Shown: positions 1 to 10,900, counted from the first letter of the stretch. The stretch is 64,000 nucleotides of DNA from Nymphaea colorata (GCF_008831285.2 NC_045138.2:2232001-2296000); one strand, 5' to 3'. The notes: generated by a model not told the origin, from the sequence alone. A program made the numbers and translations.

Positions 1-242
1 CCAAACGTCAGTCCATGCCCGCCCACTCCTTCCTGTTGGTAGGCGAAGGAAAAATTTTCTCTCTAGATGATAGTAGATTGGCAAGACAGGGGCTCTCCTA
101 TATAGTAGAAGAAAATTATGCCTCTTAATTTCCTATGTAGTAGGTAGATAAGTGAAGAGTTTTCTCCGGCTGGGCAGTAGTAAAAGAGGCACAAGACCTC
201 TGCCCCTCTCTCTCTGTCACTACATACAGAGGGGTGAAACCA

Positions 243-1540
243 GAAATTTCCTCCTGTAGTATGTGGGCAATTGTCTGCCTTCATTTTTCTTATCTTCATA
301 ATGAGTCAGAGAAAATGACTTCATTGCTTGGATTGCTTGATAGACTATGAAAACTACTTGGTATGTTTTTCTATTAAAACTTTTTATTTTAGTGAAGTCA
401 ATTATCTGTTATGTTAAGAAACATTGATATACAAGTTAAAGCATAACATAACTATTACTTCGAGAACGAGAAGCAGCTAGACCCTGGGGGATGGCTGAAG
501 ACTTCAGCCTTTACTAAGGCGGACCGAACAGCTTCTTGCTCATCCAATGGGTGCCCTTTGAGAATAAACCAATGTTAGTCAGCATTGCTAGAACCCCAAA
601 AAACCTCTAGCAATAATAAGAAACAAATGGGCCTAAACAAAACAGTGGAAGGTGATGGAGGTAGTCGGAGTGAGATGCCGCAAAAAGGTGGCAGGACTTC
701 ATCGCTTGTTTCATGTAGTGCCTGACGGTGCTCACGCTCTAGTCTAGAGCAGCACTCCCCATGCTGACTGGGGTGTGTATATGTTCAGGGAGGTGAAGGT
801 CTTCTGCGTATTTACTATGCACCGTATGGGATCCATTCATTTCACTTATCCATCTGTTGGGTAGGAGAAATCATGGCTTTTAATTGCCTAGCTGGTACAT
901 AGATCAGTGAAGACTTTTCTTCCATTGGATAGTAAATAGCCACGAGACTTCTGCATCTTTCTCTATCACTAGATACCAGCATGGGCCGCACTACCTCCAG
1001 AATAGAGGGCGATGACACCACCAGAGCGGTGCCGCCTCATGAAACATGCAGTGAAGTCCCACCATCTTTTTGCAGCTGCTCACTATGACTGCCTCCATCA
1101 ACTCTATCAAGGCAAAAATTTCAAGCTTATATAGGCCCTTGAGAAGGGGAATCATAGGCACACCATCCACAAGCCTGGCCTGCCTTTCCGTTCCATAGAG
1201 GCTGTCAAAATGTTTTCTTGATTTTCTTTCACCATTGTTACAAGTTTTCATTGTGATAACACACAATTTTTAATTTCTCGATTGATTCCCAAGAGGCAAA
1301 CATTAGACATTGTTGGGGATCATGAAATGCAAAGGAAATGGGAATTGTATGCATTGTAAAATTCTCCTTACATGAAAATTAGGGAAACATTTTCATGAAA
1401 AAGACAAACCAAGTGGTTTTCATATTGTTATCATGCAAACACAAACATTACTAGAGATATTTTTCTTGACTCATTGTACTGAATGTAGGAAAGCGAAGGC
1501 AAATGGACACCAACATAGCACCAGAGGAAATGTCCGAACA
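243..1540. repeat. diverged nested inverted repeat, family A copy 1
   Basis: Inner arms ~653-865 and ~885-1100 (TGATGGAGGTAGTC... vs ...GACTGCCTCCATCA). Outer arms are module M at ~243-390 and ~1380-1540. Confidence 0.8.
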
Positions 1541-1999
1541 AGAGAGGGCTTTCCAAGGATTTACATGTGTAGCCAAAATCTGGTTAATTAAGCATACGCA
1601 ACTTAGCTACTCTCTTTACAGTAAGACACAACTTTTAAATGTCTAAAAAATAACCAAAATCCGGTTAATTACTTTGAAAAAAATCATTCAATTTTTTTCC
1701 ATTGCATCTGACGCTAATATGGTTATGTTATTAAAAGAACTTGTTTTCAAAAGCAATGTCTTTCTTTTTCATTTGTCATTACATTGAAAAGTAAGGATAC
1801 GCAACGTAGCTACTCCACTGCACCCCATTGTTTGCAAAATTAATTAACTAATAACTAGAAATATTTAAACATATTATACCGTGAGATAAATGTAAAAAGT
1901 TCTTGTGAAGGGTTTATTTGGAAATAAATAATTCTTTCTCAATTTCAATGGAAGGGGAAACCCAGCCCCATGCATCGGAACTTCTAATAATGGAACTTG

Positions 2000-4380
2000 G
2001 TTCAATAAAAAGTTCAAATATTGCTTCTCGTGAAAATAAGTTGTTCATGTTTAACGTTTTAGGGTTTAAATTTAAAAACACTGAACCAGTTTCATGTAAT
2101 ATCAATTAATTTTTCAAAATATACAATTACTTTCCCTAATGTTTTCCATTGTTCATGGATTAATGTCTGGTAACCTTGCCCTCATAAAAAACACATTCTA
2201 ATCACATACGTATATATGCAGGACCATGCTCAACTTATGTTTCAAAAACTAAAAGGTACTCATATTTGAAACAATTTCACTGTAATTGTACGCTTCAAGT
2301 ATGGTATATATCAAGCAAATGTAGGAACTCAAGTGACGTTTGAATCCAAATGGAGAACGTTGATGTTATGTGCTTACAATTTACTTGCGGTAACCAAATC
2401 TTTACATGTAAGTAATGGATTCGAGGTCGATGAAAATTGCATCTCTAAAATCGGATTTGGTAAGAAAAAAATGATGATCTGATTTACCTTTTTCTATCAA
2501 ATCCTGAATAATTGAATAAGGATTTGAAATCCAGTATATATGACTGGATAGCATCTGAGTTACTGACATCCTACATGCCCAGGGGTGGAGCCATTGGGCT
2601 CACTTGGGCCTCGGCCCCATCTCAATTTAAAAAAAAAAAATTATATGTAAATTTTAGAAAATTTTACTTGTTTTATGTAAAAATTTTGAAAAATTATATT
2701 TTGACCCTAGTCAAAATTTAGAAACTTTAATTCGGCCTCCTCATGAAAAATCTCTAGCTTTGCCCCTATGCATGCATGATCAGACCACCAGAACAAACAG
2801 GCACATGAAGTTTTCCATAGTGAGTACCTTGACATATTAGCACTTGATTGTGAATCTATAAAGTGGAAAACTTAGTAGTTGATAATATCAAATCATAGAG
2901 TATGCATTTGGGATGTTATGCATATTATTTGAACCAGCATGAGGAGGGCCAAATTAAAGTATATAAATTTTGACTAAGGTCGAAATATCATTTTTCAAAG
3001 TTTTTATATAAAACAATTGAAATTTTTAAAAAATTTACTGGTAAATTTAAGAAAAAAATTGTTCAGTCGGGACAATTTGAGCCAAGTCAGTGGTAAATTT
3101 ATTGCTTTATTCATTGGTTGATTCTCACTTATCATGTTTTGATATTTTTTTTTAATTTTTATTTAATTTAATTCAGATCTTTTGTGTTTCAGAAAAAAAA
3201 AAATTGAATCACTTAATTGGCCTACTATGTTCAAAAACGCATCTTTGATATTGTTATAAAAGGCACGCGTAGATATGCTTAGAAAGTTGGGATGTGATCT
3301 TATTGTGATCAGTGCCATGGGCGCCTTTATAAGGCAGTGGTACCCCATTCGTGATCTGATCCAAGTCAGCCTCTATATTAAACTAGGTCCAATCAGATAA
3401 CTGGATCGGACCAATATATAGGATCCAGTACCATATGCACAAGAACCGGGTCCTTTTGTGAGAAAAAAATATTCATGGCGCCATACTGATGGGGTCCACG
3501 CAGAAGAAGATATATTGCTGGCCTGAACTGGACTGGATCATGGACTGCTACTCCGACCCGATGACACAACCTTTACTTTGAAATTAATAAAAATTAAGAA
3601 AAAAAATATAGTAGCAGAAATCATGATAGGTGTGAACTTAATTTAATATCATTTATTTCCTAAAAAACATAGCTTGTACATGGAAGTAAATAAAAGAAAT
3701 AATTTCTCCAAATAAGATAAATAGCAGCACTGAGGTAGAAAAAACCAGAGTGAATTAGAAAGGTGTGCCAAGAGAAGAAAAGAAGAAGAAACCCATCTTT
3801 GACATTGTTAATTAATTTTGGGACCATGACAAATTTTGCAATTTTGTTACAAAAAGCAGGCATAGATATTCTTAGAAAGTTGGGATATGACCTTGTTGTG
3901 ATCAGTGCCATGGGCACCTTTATAAGGCAGTGGTACCCGATTCGTGATCTGATCCAATTCATCCTCTATATTAAACTAGGTCCAATCAGATTACTGGATC
4001 GGACCAATATATACGATCCAGTACCATATGAACAAGAACAGGGTCCTTTTGTGAGCAAAAATACTCATGGCGCCATACTGATGGGGTCCACGCAACTGGA
4101 CTGAACTGGACTGGAGCATGGACTGCTACTCTGACCCGATGACACAACCTTTACTTTGAAATTAATAAAAATTAAGAAAAAAATATAGTAGCAGAAATCA
4201 TGATAGCTGTGAACTTAATTAAATATCATTTATTTCCTAAAAAACATAGCTTATACATGGAAGTAAATAAAAGAAATAATTTCTCCAAATAAAATATAAA
4301 TAGCAGCACTGAGGTAGAAAAAAACACAGTGAATTAGAAAGGTCTCCTGAGAAAAGAAAATAATAATAAGAAGAAGACGG
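2000..4380 (+). repeat. conserved upstream block U (with ~575-bp internal tandem duplication)
   Basis: Contains GGTACCCGATTC(A/G)TGATCTGATCCA and AATTTCTCCAAATAAGATAAATAGCAGCAC landmarks twice (~3240-3780, ~3795-4345). Confidence 0.85.
2580..2768. mobile_element. hAT-type MITE (CAGGGG family)
   Basis: CAGGGGTGGAGCC...GCTTTGCCCCT with the same interior as 11214-11405. Partial copies lie at ~2938-3060, ~18708-18850, ~40657-40835, ~42221-42385, ~49030-49155 and ~60135-60170. Confidence 0.75.
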
Positions 4381-4572
4381 TGGGGAAGAAGGTAAATGAC
4401 TAGTGTGTTTGCATGCAATTGCATGATATACTATTGAAACCACTTGGTATGTATTTTTATAAAAACATTTTTTTTAGTGGCTTAAATTTTCCGTGCTACG
4501 AAAAGAAGACATCGATATGCAGCACTGAAGCATAACAAAAACATCACGTGGAAAGGGTTCTTGCCAAGAACT

Positions 4573-4735
4573 TCATAGGTGCAGTAAAACATCTCAATGT
4601 TCTTATCCATCCTGCCTGTCCTGATCAGGGCAGGATCCAGCTTCTCAATGTGGTTGGTGGTGAAGATTATTAGCCTTTCCTCTCCGCATGAAGACCACAA
4701 CCCATCGATGAAGTTGAGCAGCCCCGATAGTTGCT
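4573..4735 (-). pseudogene. BCS1-like AAA-ATPase fragment (post-Walker-B segment 'A')
   Basis: LSGLLNFIDGLWSSCGEERLIIFTTNHIEKLDPALIRTGRMDKNIEM is typical of plant BCS1-clade AAA-ATPases; no N-terminus or Walker A is present. Confidence 0.9.
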
Positions 4736-5023
4736 CACTGTCCTTGCCAAGAACTTCTTGAATTTGGAGGACCACCCTCTGTTTGATGAAGTGAAGAAGC
4801 TCTTTCAGAACAAGAGGGTAGAGGTGACCCAGAAGATGTTGTAGAGAGATTGATGCCATGGACTAGACATGAGAAAGACAGCAGGACTCCCTGTCTAGAA
4901 AAAGTGATTGAATTCATGAAGAAGGCAAAAGAGGAAAAGATGAAGAAAGAGAAAGATAGTGATCCACAAGAATCCACAGTAGATGAAGATGGCCACACCG
5001 CTAGTAGTGAAGGGAGTGATTAG
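4736..5023 (+). pseudogene. BCS1-like AAA-ATPase C-terminal fragment 'B'
   Basis: Reads LAKNFLNLEDHPLFDEVKKLFQNKRVEVTPEDVVERLMP...SSEGSD* on the + strand, opposite in orientation to the adjacent 'A' fragment. Confidence 0.85.
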
Positions 5024-5416
5024 TCTTTCAGTCTTATGCTCTTGTATGTTTTTTGATAATTTTAGAAGAGATCTGATGAAGACCCAAAATGGTACATTTT
5101 GCAAATAAACTCCTCCCCCTCCCGCCCCTTAATAAAGGATTAAAACCTGACGGATAGTTGGCAAACCTGACGGATATGCAACAAAGTGTTAGATTGCTGG
5201 CAGTCTCGCAGCCACTGTTCGAACCTTTGAATAATTTAAAGCATAGTTGGCAAACCTGGTGATACAACTAGGGAATCGGGATGGTTTACTTATTGGATCC
5301 CGGGTTAGGCCCCAAAGGGGGGAGGGGAGTTTATTTGCAAAATACACCATTTTGGGTATTCATCAGATCTCTTCTAAAATTATCAAAAAACATACAAGAG
5401 CATAAGACTGAAAGAC

Positions 5417-5692
5417 TAATCACTTCCTTCACTGCTAGCAGTGACGCCATCATCATCTACTGTGGATCACCATCTTTCTCTTTCTTCATCTTTTCCTCTT
5501 TTGCCTTCTTCATGAATTCGATCACTTTCAATAGACAGGGAGTCCTGCTGTCCTTCTCACGTCTGGTCCTTGGCTTCAATCTCTGCTACATCTGCTGGGG
5601 TCACCTCTAACCTCTCCTTCTCAAAGAGCTTCTTTACTTCATCAAACAGAGGGTGGTCCTCCAAATTCAAGAAGTTCTTGGCAAGAACAGTG
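5417..5692 (-). pseudogene. BCS1-like AAA-ATPase C-terminal fragment 'B', inverted copy
   Basis: Reverse complement of ~4736-5023. Confidence 0.85.
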
Positions 5693-5949
5693 AGCAACTA
5701 TCGTGGCTGCTCAACTTCATCGATGGGTTGTGGTCTCCATGCGGAGAGGAAAGGCTAATAATCTTCACCACCAACCACATTGAGAAGCTGGATCCTGCCC
5801 TCATCAGGACATGCAGGATGGACGAGAACATTGAGATGTCTTACTGCAACTATGAGGGGTTCACTGTTCTTGCCAAGAACTTCTTGAATTTGGAGGACCA
5901 CCCCATTTGGTGAAGTAAAGAAGCTCTTTGAGAATGAGAGGGTAGAGGT
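5693..5949 (+). pseudogene. BCS1-like AAA-ATPase fragment (A-B in native order) interrupted by the copia element
   Basis: LLNFIDGLWSPCGEERLIIFTTNHIEKLDPALIRTCRMDENIEMSYCNYEGFTVLAKNFLNLEDHP; the sequence continues after the copia element. Confidence 0.9.
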
Positions 5950-6280
5950 TGTGAAAGACCCTCGTCCTGATCACACAGAACGTGCAGTTGGTTACATCAG
6001 CTCCACCAACAATGAACGTGCAGTTGGTTACATCAACTCCACCAAATGTGGAACCATGTTAGCATGTAATCCATCTTCACGTAAAGAGGAAGTAACTGAA
6101 AGGGGAAACCTTATCGAGTCTGTTAAAACTGAAAAGGTCATCCCCATCCATTGTAAAGAAAAAGAATGTATAAAGGGAAAACAGGAACCACCATAGTTGT
6201 GAGGGTCCCTGCATCGTGGATGTAGCCTTAACAGGTGAACCACGTTAAAAATCTCTGAATACTCTTTCATTCCTTTCATA
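5950..6280 (+). repeat. 5' LTR of copia element
   Basis: TGTGAAAGAC...CCTTTCATA, direct repeat of 10401-10731; contains an internal ~33-bp tandem duplication (GAACGTGCAGTTGGTTACATCA...). Confidence 0.95.
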
Positions 6281-6292
6281 TGGTATCAGAGC
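6281..6292 (+). promoter_or_regulatory. primer binding site (tRNA-iMet)
   Basis: TGGTATCAGAGC immediately after the 5' LTR. Confidence 0.93.
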
Positions 6293-6324
6293 TGATGGTG
6301 CTCCATTACTAAACCAGCGTGGAC

Positions 6325-7260
6325 ATGGCAGCCAGCTCCTCTCCGCTTCCAGGCCTACCAGCTCCCACCTCTTTTCAACACTTCATCTCAACCAAGTTAG
6401 ATTCTGATAATTATGTATTGTGGGCATCTCAATTCCGACCTCTGCTTATCTCCTATGATCTTGAAGGCTTCATTGACGGATCAAAAACTGAACCTCAAAA
6501 AACTATCATCAAGGATGGTAAATCTGCTCCCAATCCTGAGTATATAGACTGGCGCCGGCGAGATCAGCTTCTCCTTAGCTGGCTTATTTCTTCTTTGTCT
6601 GACTCTGTTCACTCCCAAGTTATTGGATTGGAAACGTCTTATGAAGTCTGGACCACTCTGCAAGATGCTTATGCTGCACAATCACGTGCACGTATCTTAC
6701 AACTTAAGGAGCAGCTACAGAATTTAAGAAAGGGAAATAAATCTATTTCCCAATTTGTTCAGAAAGCTAGATCCATTGCCCACCATCTGAAAGTTGCTGG
6801 AAAGAAAGTTGAAGAAGAGGATCTTATTCTTCATATACTCTGTGGTCTTCCACCAGAGTATGAAGCAATGCGTGTTTCTATATCTATTCGCAAGGATCCT
6901 GTTGGCATGACTGAATTATTTAGTCTCTTGTTGTCCCATGAAGCCTACCTTGGTGAAGGTGATTCTGTTGACAAAGCATTTGACTCACAAGTTGAAGCTA
7001 ATGTCACTCACAGAACCAACCAAGGTAGCGGAAATCAATATTATGGAAGGGGAAACTATCGTGGAGGCCGTGGTGGTCGATTTCGCTCACGAGGCCGAGG
7101 ACGAGGAAACTACAACAACAATCAGCAAAATCAAAGGTATTATAATGATCAACGCACTCACATTGTCTGTCAATTATGTGAAAAAATAGGGCACTCGGCA
7201 AAGACGTGCAGATTATTCCAGCAATCAGACAATTCTAATTCCAATCCTCCTCATGCGTAG
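6325..7260 (+). CDS. gag: copia Gag
   Basis: KLDSDNYVLW, WRRRDQLLLSWLISSLS, RGG-rich tract and CQLCEKIGHSAKTC zinc knuckle. Ends at one TAG that is in frame with pol. Confidence 0.92.
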   Translation: MAASSSPLPGLPAPTSFQHFISTKLDSDNYVLWASQFRPLLISYDLEGFIDGSKTEPQKTIIKDGKSAPNPEYIDWRRRDQLLLSWLISSLSDSVHSQVIGLETSYEVWTTLQDAYAAQSRARILQLKEQLQNLRKGNKSISQFVQKARSIAHHLKVAGKKVEEEDLILHILCGLPPEYEAMRVSISIRKDPVGMTELFSLLLSHEAYLGEGDSVDKAFDSQVEANVTHRTNQGSGNQYYGRGNYRGGRGGRFRSRGRGRGNYNNNQQNQRYYNDQRTHIVCQLCEKIGHSAKTCRLFQQSDNSNSNPPHA

Positions 7261-10200
7261 AATGCTACTACATCTGAGAACACCGGTGATGATTCGTGGT
7301 ATCCTGATTCTGGTGCTTCCCATCACGTTGCTCCTGATCTCAGCTCTTTATCAATAAATTCCGCTTACTCGGGCACTGATGCTGTCAAGGTGGGAAATGG
7401 TACAGGTTTAGCTATTAAACACATTGGTAGTTCATCCTTTAAAGTTGGAAATTTCAATGTCAAGATGCATGATATTCTTCATGTTCCTCTTATTACCAAG
7501 AAACTTCTCTCTGTGCATCGGTTTGCTGCAGATAATAATGTTGTTTTTGAATTTGATGCAAGAGAGTGCAGAATTAGAGATGCCAGATCCAAACAAGAAT
7601 TGTTGAAAGGACACGTTAAAGGAGGAATCTACACTCTTGACTTTGACAAGTTTAAAGAAAAAGTTGCTTGCATTGGAGAAAAGGCTAGTCGCGCTACATG
7701 GCATGCCCAGTTGGGACATCCAAATAGAAAAATTGTTGATCATGTGCTTAGTTCCTTTAATTTACCTTTTTCGGACTGCAATATCAGAATTTGTTCTTCC
7801 TGTCAAATTGCTAAAATGCATAAGTTACCCTTTAATCGCATTGATTACAGTAAATTGGAACCTCTAGAGATCATCTTTTCAGATGTATGGGGGCCAGCCC
7901 CTATTTCTAGTATCTATGGACATCGTTTTTATGTTATCTTTGTTGATGCATGGTCAAGATTTACATGGCTTTTTTTGTTGAAACATAAATCTGAAGTGCT
8001 TGAGTCATTTCAAAAGTTTAAAGCAATGGTTGAAAATATGTTTGGAAGAAAAATTAAGAACTCCCATAGTGACGGTGGAGGAGAATACAAGTGCATGGAC
8101 AACTATTTTTCCAATGTAGGAATTAAACATCGTTATTCCTGTCCTCACACCCAAGAACAGAATGGCGTCTCTGAACGCAAACATAGACATATCGTTGACA
8201 CTGGATTGACTCTTATAGCTCACAGCAATGTGCCAAAACAATTCTGGAATTTTGCCTTTTCAGCTGCAATATTTCTGATAAATCGATTGCCTGCTGCAGG
8301 CTTGAAAAATACAAGTCCTCTTGAAATGCTTTGGAACAAGGAACCCAACTACAAGTTTCTTAAAACTTTTGGGTGTTTATGCTTCCCCAACTTGAGAGCG
8401 TATAGATCCAACAAACTCGACTATCGATCTCATGCTTATGTTTTTATGGGTTATAGTGATAACCATCATGGCTATCTATGCATGGATCCTAACTCATTCA
8501 AGATTATTGTGTTCAGAGATGTTATTTTCAATGAAGAAAATTTTCCTTTTATTGAAAAATCAGCTAATGACACTTCAGCCCGAGGAACTCATTCACAAGC
8601 TGTTCTTGTGCCTCCATGGCTCTCATCTTCAAGCAGTGCCCTTGCAGAAAATCCTACTGCTCCTGTTCATGACAGTGGACCGCTTATTGCTCCTAGCTCG
8701 CCACAAACAAGTCCAGATCAACCTGCTCCTCAAGAGGAACCGCTGGTCACCTCAAGGTCTCACTCTATGGTGACACGCTCCCAAACTGGTTCACTCAAAC
8801 CATCCTCTCGTTATGCTTTCTCTAGTCTCTTAGTGACTAAACTCCTTGAAGACAAGGAACCAAAAGATTTTAATGAAGCCACCAAGCATAACGAATGGCG
8901 TGCTGCTGTGCAAGACGAATTTCAAGCTCTTTGCAAGAATAAAACATGGTCTCTTGTGCCTCGCACCTCGAACATGAATGTTGTGGGATGCAAATGGGTG
9001 TACCGCATCAAGCGCAGGTCAGATGGAACTCTTGAGCGACACAAAGCTAGACTTGTCGCAAAAGGGTTTCACCAAGAAGAAGGAGTTGATTTCTTTGAAA
9101 CTTTCAGCCCTGTCGTCAAACCAGGTACTATTCGAACCATGATCTCACTTGCTTTACGGGGGAATTGGATAATTAGACAACTTGATGTCCATAATGCATT
9201 CCTTAATGGAACCTTATCTGAGGAAGTGTATATGGCTCAACCGCCCGGCTTCGTCAACCATCAATTTCCATCACACGTCTGCCACCTTCATAAGGCCCTA
9301 TATGGACTAAAGCAAGCCCCTCGAGCCTGGTTTCAACGGCTGAGTCAAAGTCTCTTTCATTTTGGATTCACAAGCTCTAAAACTGATCCTTCTTTATTTA
9401 TCATGCATAGTGGTGAAAATATCATTTATATTCTGGTCTATGTTGACGACATTCTTGTCACCGGCAATTCTCAAAGTCTTACTAACGAGATTATTAAGCT
9501 TCTTGGTGAGCAGTTTGCCTTAAGGGATCTTGGGAGGCTTCATTTTTTCCTTGGGGTGGAAGTTCTGTATAATTCCCAAGGTGCTATCCTCTCTCAACGG
9601 AAGTACATCATGGATCTTCTAAAAAAGGCAAAAATGCATGAGTGCAAACCATTCACCACTCCAATGTCATCCTCCTCTAAATTACACATTGGAGACGACA
9701 TTGATTTCGAGGACCCTACCTTGTATAGGAGCATTGTGGGTGGTTTACAATACCTATCTATCACAAGACCAGACGTCGCTTTCAGCATCAACAAAGTGTG
9801 CCAATTCATGCACAAGCCCTCCATAGCTCACTGGACAGCAGTTAAAAGAATCCTAAGGTATTTAAAATATACTATTCAGTATGGATTGGTGTTCAAAGCA
9901 TCCAAAAACACTAGCATTAATGTCTACACAGATGCTGATTGGGCTGGGTCTCCTGATGACCGAAAATCCACCTCAGGGTATGCAGTTTATATTGGCCCTA
10001 ACCTTATTTCATGGAGTTCAAGGAAACAACATGTTGTCTCCCGCTCAAGCACGGAGGCCGAATACAGAGGAGTAGCAAATGCCGCAGCAGAGCTAACTTG
10101 GATTCAGTCTCTCTTAAGTGAGATGAAAGTTAGTGTTGTCAACACACCAGTTATTTGGTGTGACAATATCAGCGCTAACTACCTTGCAGCTCATCCCACG

Positions 10201-10647
10201 TTTCACTCCAGAAGCAAACACATTGAAGTCGACGTTCACTATGTACGCGACAAAGTTTCTAAAGGTTTGCTCAGAGTTCAACATCTCTCATCAAAGGACC
10301 AAATTGCTGATGGCCTAACCAAGCCCATTGCTGTCACACAGTTTAATTATTTCCGTGTCAAGCTCAACCTCAGAAGCATACAGTTGCACTTGAGGGAGGC
10401 TGTGAAAGACCCTCGTCCTGATCACACAGAACGTGCAGTTGGTTACATCAGCTCCACCAACAATGAACGTGCAGTTGGTTACATCAACTCCACCAAATGT
10501 GGAACCATGTTAGCATGTAATTCATCTTCACGTAAAGAGGAAGTAATTGAAAGGGGAAACCTTATCGAGTCTGTTAAAACTGAAAAGGTCATCCCCATCC
10601 ATTGTAAAGAAAAAGAATGTATAAAGGGAAAACAGGAACCACCATAG
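7261..10647 (+). CDS. pol: copia Pol (protease, integrase, RT, RNase H), separated from gag by one in-frame stop
   Basis: WYPDSGASHH protease motif lies just after the stop. WHAQLGHP..CSSC and IFSDVWG/SDGGGEY/NGVSERKHRH are integrase motifs, YVDDILV is RT and YTDADWAG is RNase H. The frame runs into the 3' LTR. Confidence 0.95.
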   Translation, partial: NATTSENTGDDSWYPDSGASHHVAPDLSSLSINSAYSGTDAVKVGNGTGLAIKHIGSSSFKVGNFNVKMHDILHVPLITKKLLSVHRFAADNNVVFEFDARECRIRDARSKQELLKGHVKGGIYTLDFDKFKEKVACIGEKASRATWHAQLGHPNRKIVDHVLSSFNLPFSDCNIRICSSCQIAKMHKLPFNRIDYSKLEPLEIIFSDVWGPAPISSIYGHRFYVIFVDAWSRFTWLFLLKHKSEVLESFQKFKAMVENMFGRKIKNSHSDGGGEYKCMDNYFSNVGIKHRYSCPHTQEQNGVSERKHRHIVDTGLTLIAHSNVPKQFWNFAFSAAIFLINRLPAAGLKNTSPLEMLWNKEPNYKFLKTFGCLCFPNLRAYRSNKLDYRSHAYVFMGYSDNHHGYLCMDPNSFKIIVFRDVIFNEENFPFIEKSANDTSARGTHSQAVLVPPWLSSSSSALAENPTAPVHDSGPLIAPSSPQTSPDQPAPQEEPLVTSRSHSMVTRSQTGSLKPSSRYAFSSLLVTKLLEDKEPKDFNEATKHNEWRAAVQDEFQALCKNKTWSLVPRTSNMNVVGCKWVYRIKRRSDGTLERHKARLVAKGFHQEEGVDFFETFSPVVKPGTIRTMISLALRGNWIIRQLDVHNAFLNGTLSEEVYMAQPPGFVNHQFPSHVCHLHKALYGLKQAPRAWFQRLSQSLFHFGFTSSKTDPSLFIMHSGENIIYILVYVDDILVTGNSQSLTNEIIKLLGEQFALRDLGRLHFFLGVEVLYNSQGAILSQRKYIMDLLKKAKMHECKPFTTPMSSSSKLHIGDDIDFEDPTLYRSIVGGLQYLSITRPDVAFSINKVCQFMHKPSIAHWTAVKRILRYLKYTIQYGLVFKASKNTSINVYTDADWAGSPDDRKSTSGYAVYIGPNLISWSSRKQHVVSRSSTEAEYRGVANAAAELTWIQSLLSEMKVSVVNTPVIWCDNISANYLAAHPTFHSRSKHIEVDVHYVRDKVSKGLLRVQHLSSKDQIADGLTKPIAVTQFNYFRVKLNLRSIQLHLREAVKDPRPDHTERAVGYISSTNNERAVGYINSTKCGTMLACNSSSRKEEVIERGNLIESVKTEKVIPIHCKEKECIKGKQEPP
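10391..10400 (+). promoter_or_regulatory. polypurine tract
   Basis: TGAGGGAGGC directly before the 3' LTR. Confidence 0.85.
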
Positions 10648-10731
10648 TTGTGAGGGTCCCTGCATCGTGGATGTAGCCTTAACAGGTGAACCACGTTAAA
10701 AATCTCTGAATACTCTTTCATTCCTTTCATA
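10401..10731 (+). repeat. 3' LTR of copia element
   Basis: Direct repeat of 5950-6280. Confidence 0.95.
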
Positions 10732-10900
10732 GAGGTGACCCCAGAAGATGTTGCAGAGAGATTGATGCCAAGGACCAGACATGAGAAAGACAGCAGGAAT
10801 GCCTGTCTACAGAAAGTGATCGAATTCATGAAGAAGGCAAAAGACGAAAAGATGAAGAAAGAGAAAGATGGTGATCCACAAGAATCCACAGAAGATGGCA
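10732..10900 (+). pseudogene. continuation of the AAA-ATPase fragment after the copia element
   Basis: EVTPEDVAERLMPRTRHEKDSRNACLQKVIEFMKKAK matches the 4820-4930 copy. Confidence 0.85.

Larger units (their letters stand above)
4573..5855. repeat. long inverted repeat of AAA-ATPase fragments
   Basis: Arms ~4573-5130 and ~5315-5855 are reverse complements with scattered mismatches; spacer ~185 bp. Confidence 0.93.
5950..10731 (+). mobile_element. Ty1/copia LTR retrotransposon, full length, young
   Basis: Two 331-bp LTRs (5950-6280, 10401-10731) with 2 visible mismatches. PBS TGGTATCAGAGC, polypurine tract, and GAGGT duplicated at 5945-5949 and 10732-10736. Domain order gag-PR-IN-RT-RH. The empty site GGGTAGAGGTGACCCAG is present in a paralogue at ~4816-4832. 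Confidence 0.97.

Noticed and set aside
243..1540. Calling each M-flanked unit an independent Pack-MULE insertion
   Set aside because: No TSDs seen and the flanks outside M are shared between copies; kept only as a possible origin.
5951..6196. 81-aa ORF also seen at the end of pol
   Set aside because: It is LTR sequence; the duplication reflects the two LTRs.
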